From NCBI RefSeq assembly GCF_004010195.1, contig NC_057759.1:7653910-7715909 (forward strand): DNA of 62,000 nt, in the 5' to 3' direction. The DNA is from Chiloscyllium plagiosum (lineage: Eukaryota). Positions 60,941 to 62,000 of the stretch are shown here, piece after piece. How positions within the stretch are numbered: the stretch's first letter is position 1; each line of letters opens with the position of its first letter. The position numbers and the translations under genes were made by a program. The notes under the pieces are model-generated. The model saw nothing but the letters and a program-made list of their open reading frames with translations, had not been told where the DNA came from and made no database searches.

Positions 60941-61667
60941 GAATCTCCTGTTCCCTGGATGCTGCCTGACCTGCTGTGCTGTTCCAGCAATAAAGTTTCA
61001 ACTTTGATCTCCAGCATCTGCAGACCTCACTTTCTCCTGCTTGTAATTCAGTGTTGCTCATAACGTACTTTCAGTTCCTGCAACAGCCGAGTTTAATATG
61101 AACTTCCTTCTTCCCCACCTTTCTCCTCCCTTGAAGCCTGGTGGTCCTCAGGTTAAGCCACCACACAGAGTAGACATTATGGAATTAAAAATGGCCCTAA
61201 GTGTGCAGTGGTCCAGGCCATGAACGGCTTGAAATGAAACTGCTTATGCAACAATCTGAAACACCGACAAACATTTCAACTGGAAATGCATAAAAGAATG
61301 GTAAGGACAGAGCTGCAGAAGGTAAAATCTCCATGGTATGGCTGACCTCCCGTACAGTTCTATCGTTGGAGAAAGTCCGCCGATGGCTTTCTATTCAGAG
61401 GGCCATGATACATCAATGGAGGGGAAGGCTGAGGAAGAGGGACATTAAGATCGGCTGTTGCAGGAATTGAACCCATGTTACGAGCAACATTGGAGTGCAA
61501 CACAAACCACGAGTTCAGAAAACTAAGCTTATGAAGCTCCAACGCAGCTCCTAAAACACGCTGAAGTGCAGCAGGCTTGCATGAAAACAAAAACAGTTCA
61601 AATGTGTAAAAGTTGGAATGTTACGAGAATGATGAGAGCGATGTAATTTCAGTAGAATTTTACTTAC

Positions 61668-61967
61668 ATGTAACATTCAGCTTTACAGTGTCACTACGGG
61701 ATGAAGTATATTCTGTGCCTTTTAAAGTTTTCGCAAAACTACAGCTGTACTCTCCACTATCCAGCGTTTCAAGGTCTTCAATGGTGAAGATAACTGTCTG
61801 CTCAGAGTCTGATACGTTCTTAGTTAATATAGGAATTCTGCTATTATTTTTGTACAGACGGGCGATGTGGCTTGGATAGCTGCTCGTGCAGTTGATTTGA
61901 ACCTCTCCCCCTACTGTCACCGCTCCGGAGGCTGGTTCTAGAGAAATCGTGGGTTTTGGAATTACAC
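61668..61967 (-). CDS. Multi-Ig cell-surface protein (LRC/IGSF1/A1BG-like C2-type domains), Ig exon A; gene continues beyond the window end
   Basis: 300-nt phase-1/phase-1 exon with poly-T tract plus GAG acceptor and GTAAGT donor. Encodes VIPKPTISLEPASGAVTVGGEVQINC...LYK...DSGEYSC...SDTVKLNVT. Confidence 0.85.
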
Positions 61968-62000
61968 CTCCAAAAAAAAAATAGAGGAACAAAATCAAAT

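Larger units (their letters stand above)
60803..61038. mobile_element. Palindromic Penelope-like mini-insertion with two intact hammerhead cores, in an intron of the Ig gene
   Basis: Perfect 93-bp arms at 60803-60895 and 60910-61002, a 14-nt spacer and a 36-nt tail. TSD GCTTGTAATTCAGTGTTG at 60789-60806 and 61039-61056. Confidence 0.88.

Noticed and set aside
57320..61967. Antigen-receptor (Ig/TCR/IgNAR) V or C segments
   Set aside because: No recombination signal sequences were seen, and the V-type WY.Q and C1-type patterns are absent. The exons are ordinary phase-1 spliced C2-like domains.

Overview
Repeat-rich vertebrate genomic DNA. The SINE/LINE repertoire (HE1-like tRNA-derived SINEs, CR1, Penelope, Rex1, Tx1) points to a cartilaginous fish, probably a shark (inference). 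Two host genes are supported. (1) A two-exon class A GPCR of the GPR139/GPR142-like type on + (8721-8790 joined to 11830-12731, 323 aa). (2) The 3' part of a multi-Ig-domain cell-surface gene on -: four phase-1 Ig exons (61967-61668, 60280-59981, 58546-58247, 57613-57320) and a terminal exon (54922-54831) that encodes a GPI-anchor-like signal and is absent from the ORF track. The rest is mostly decayed transposons, including nested Gmr1-type gypsy elements with integrase upstream of RT. The most striking non-coding signal is a family of short, mostly TSD-flanked, Penelope-derived insertions carrying minimal hammerhead ribozyme cores (CTGA(A/T)GA-A-GGGC-N4-GCCC-GAAACGTC). They occur as singles, as a direct tandem, and as near-perfect 78-93 bp palindromes whose inversion point sits at the ribozyme. 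Boundaries of decayed repeats are approximate, and all family assignments come from motif recognition by eye without database searches.
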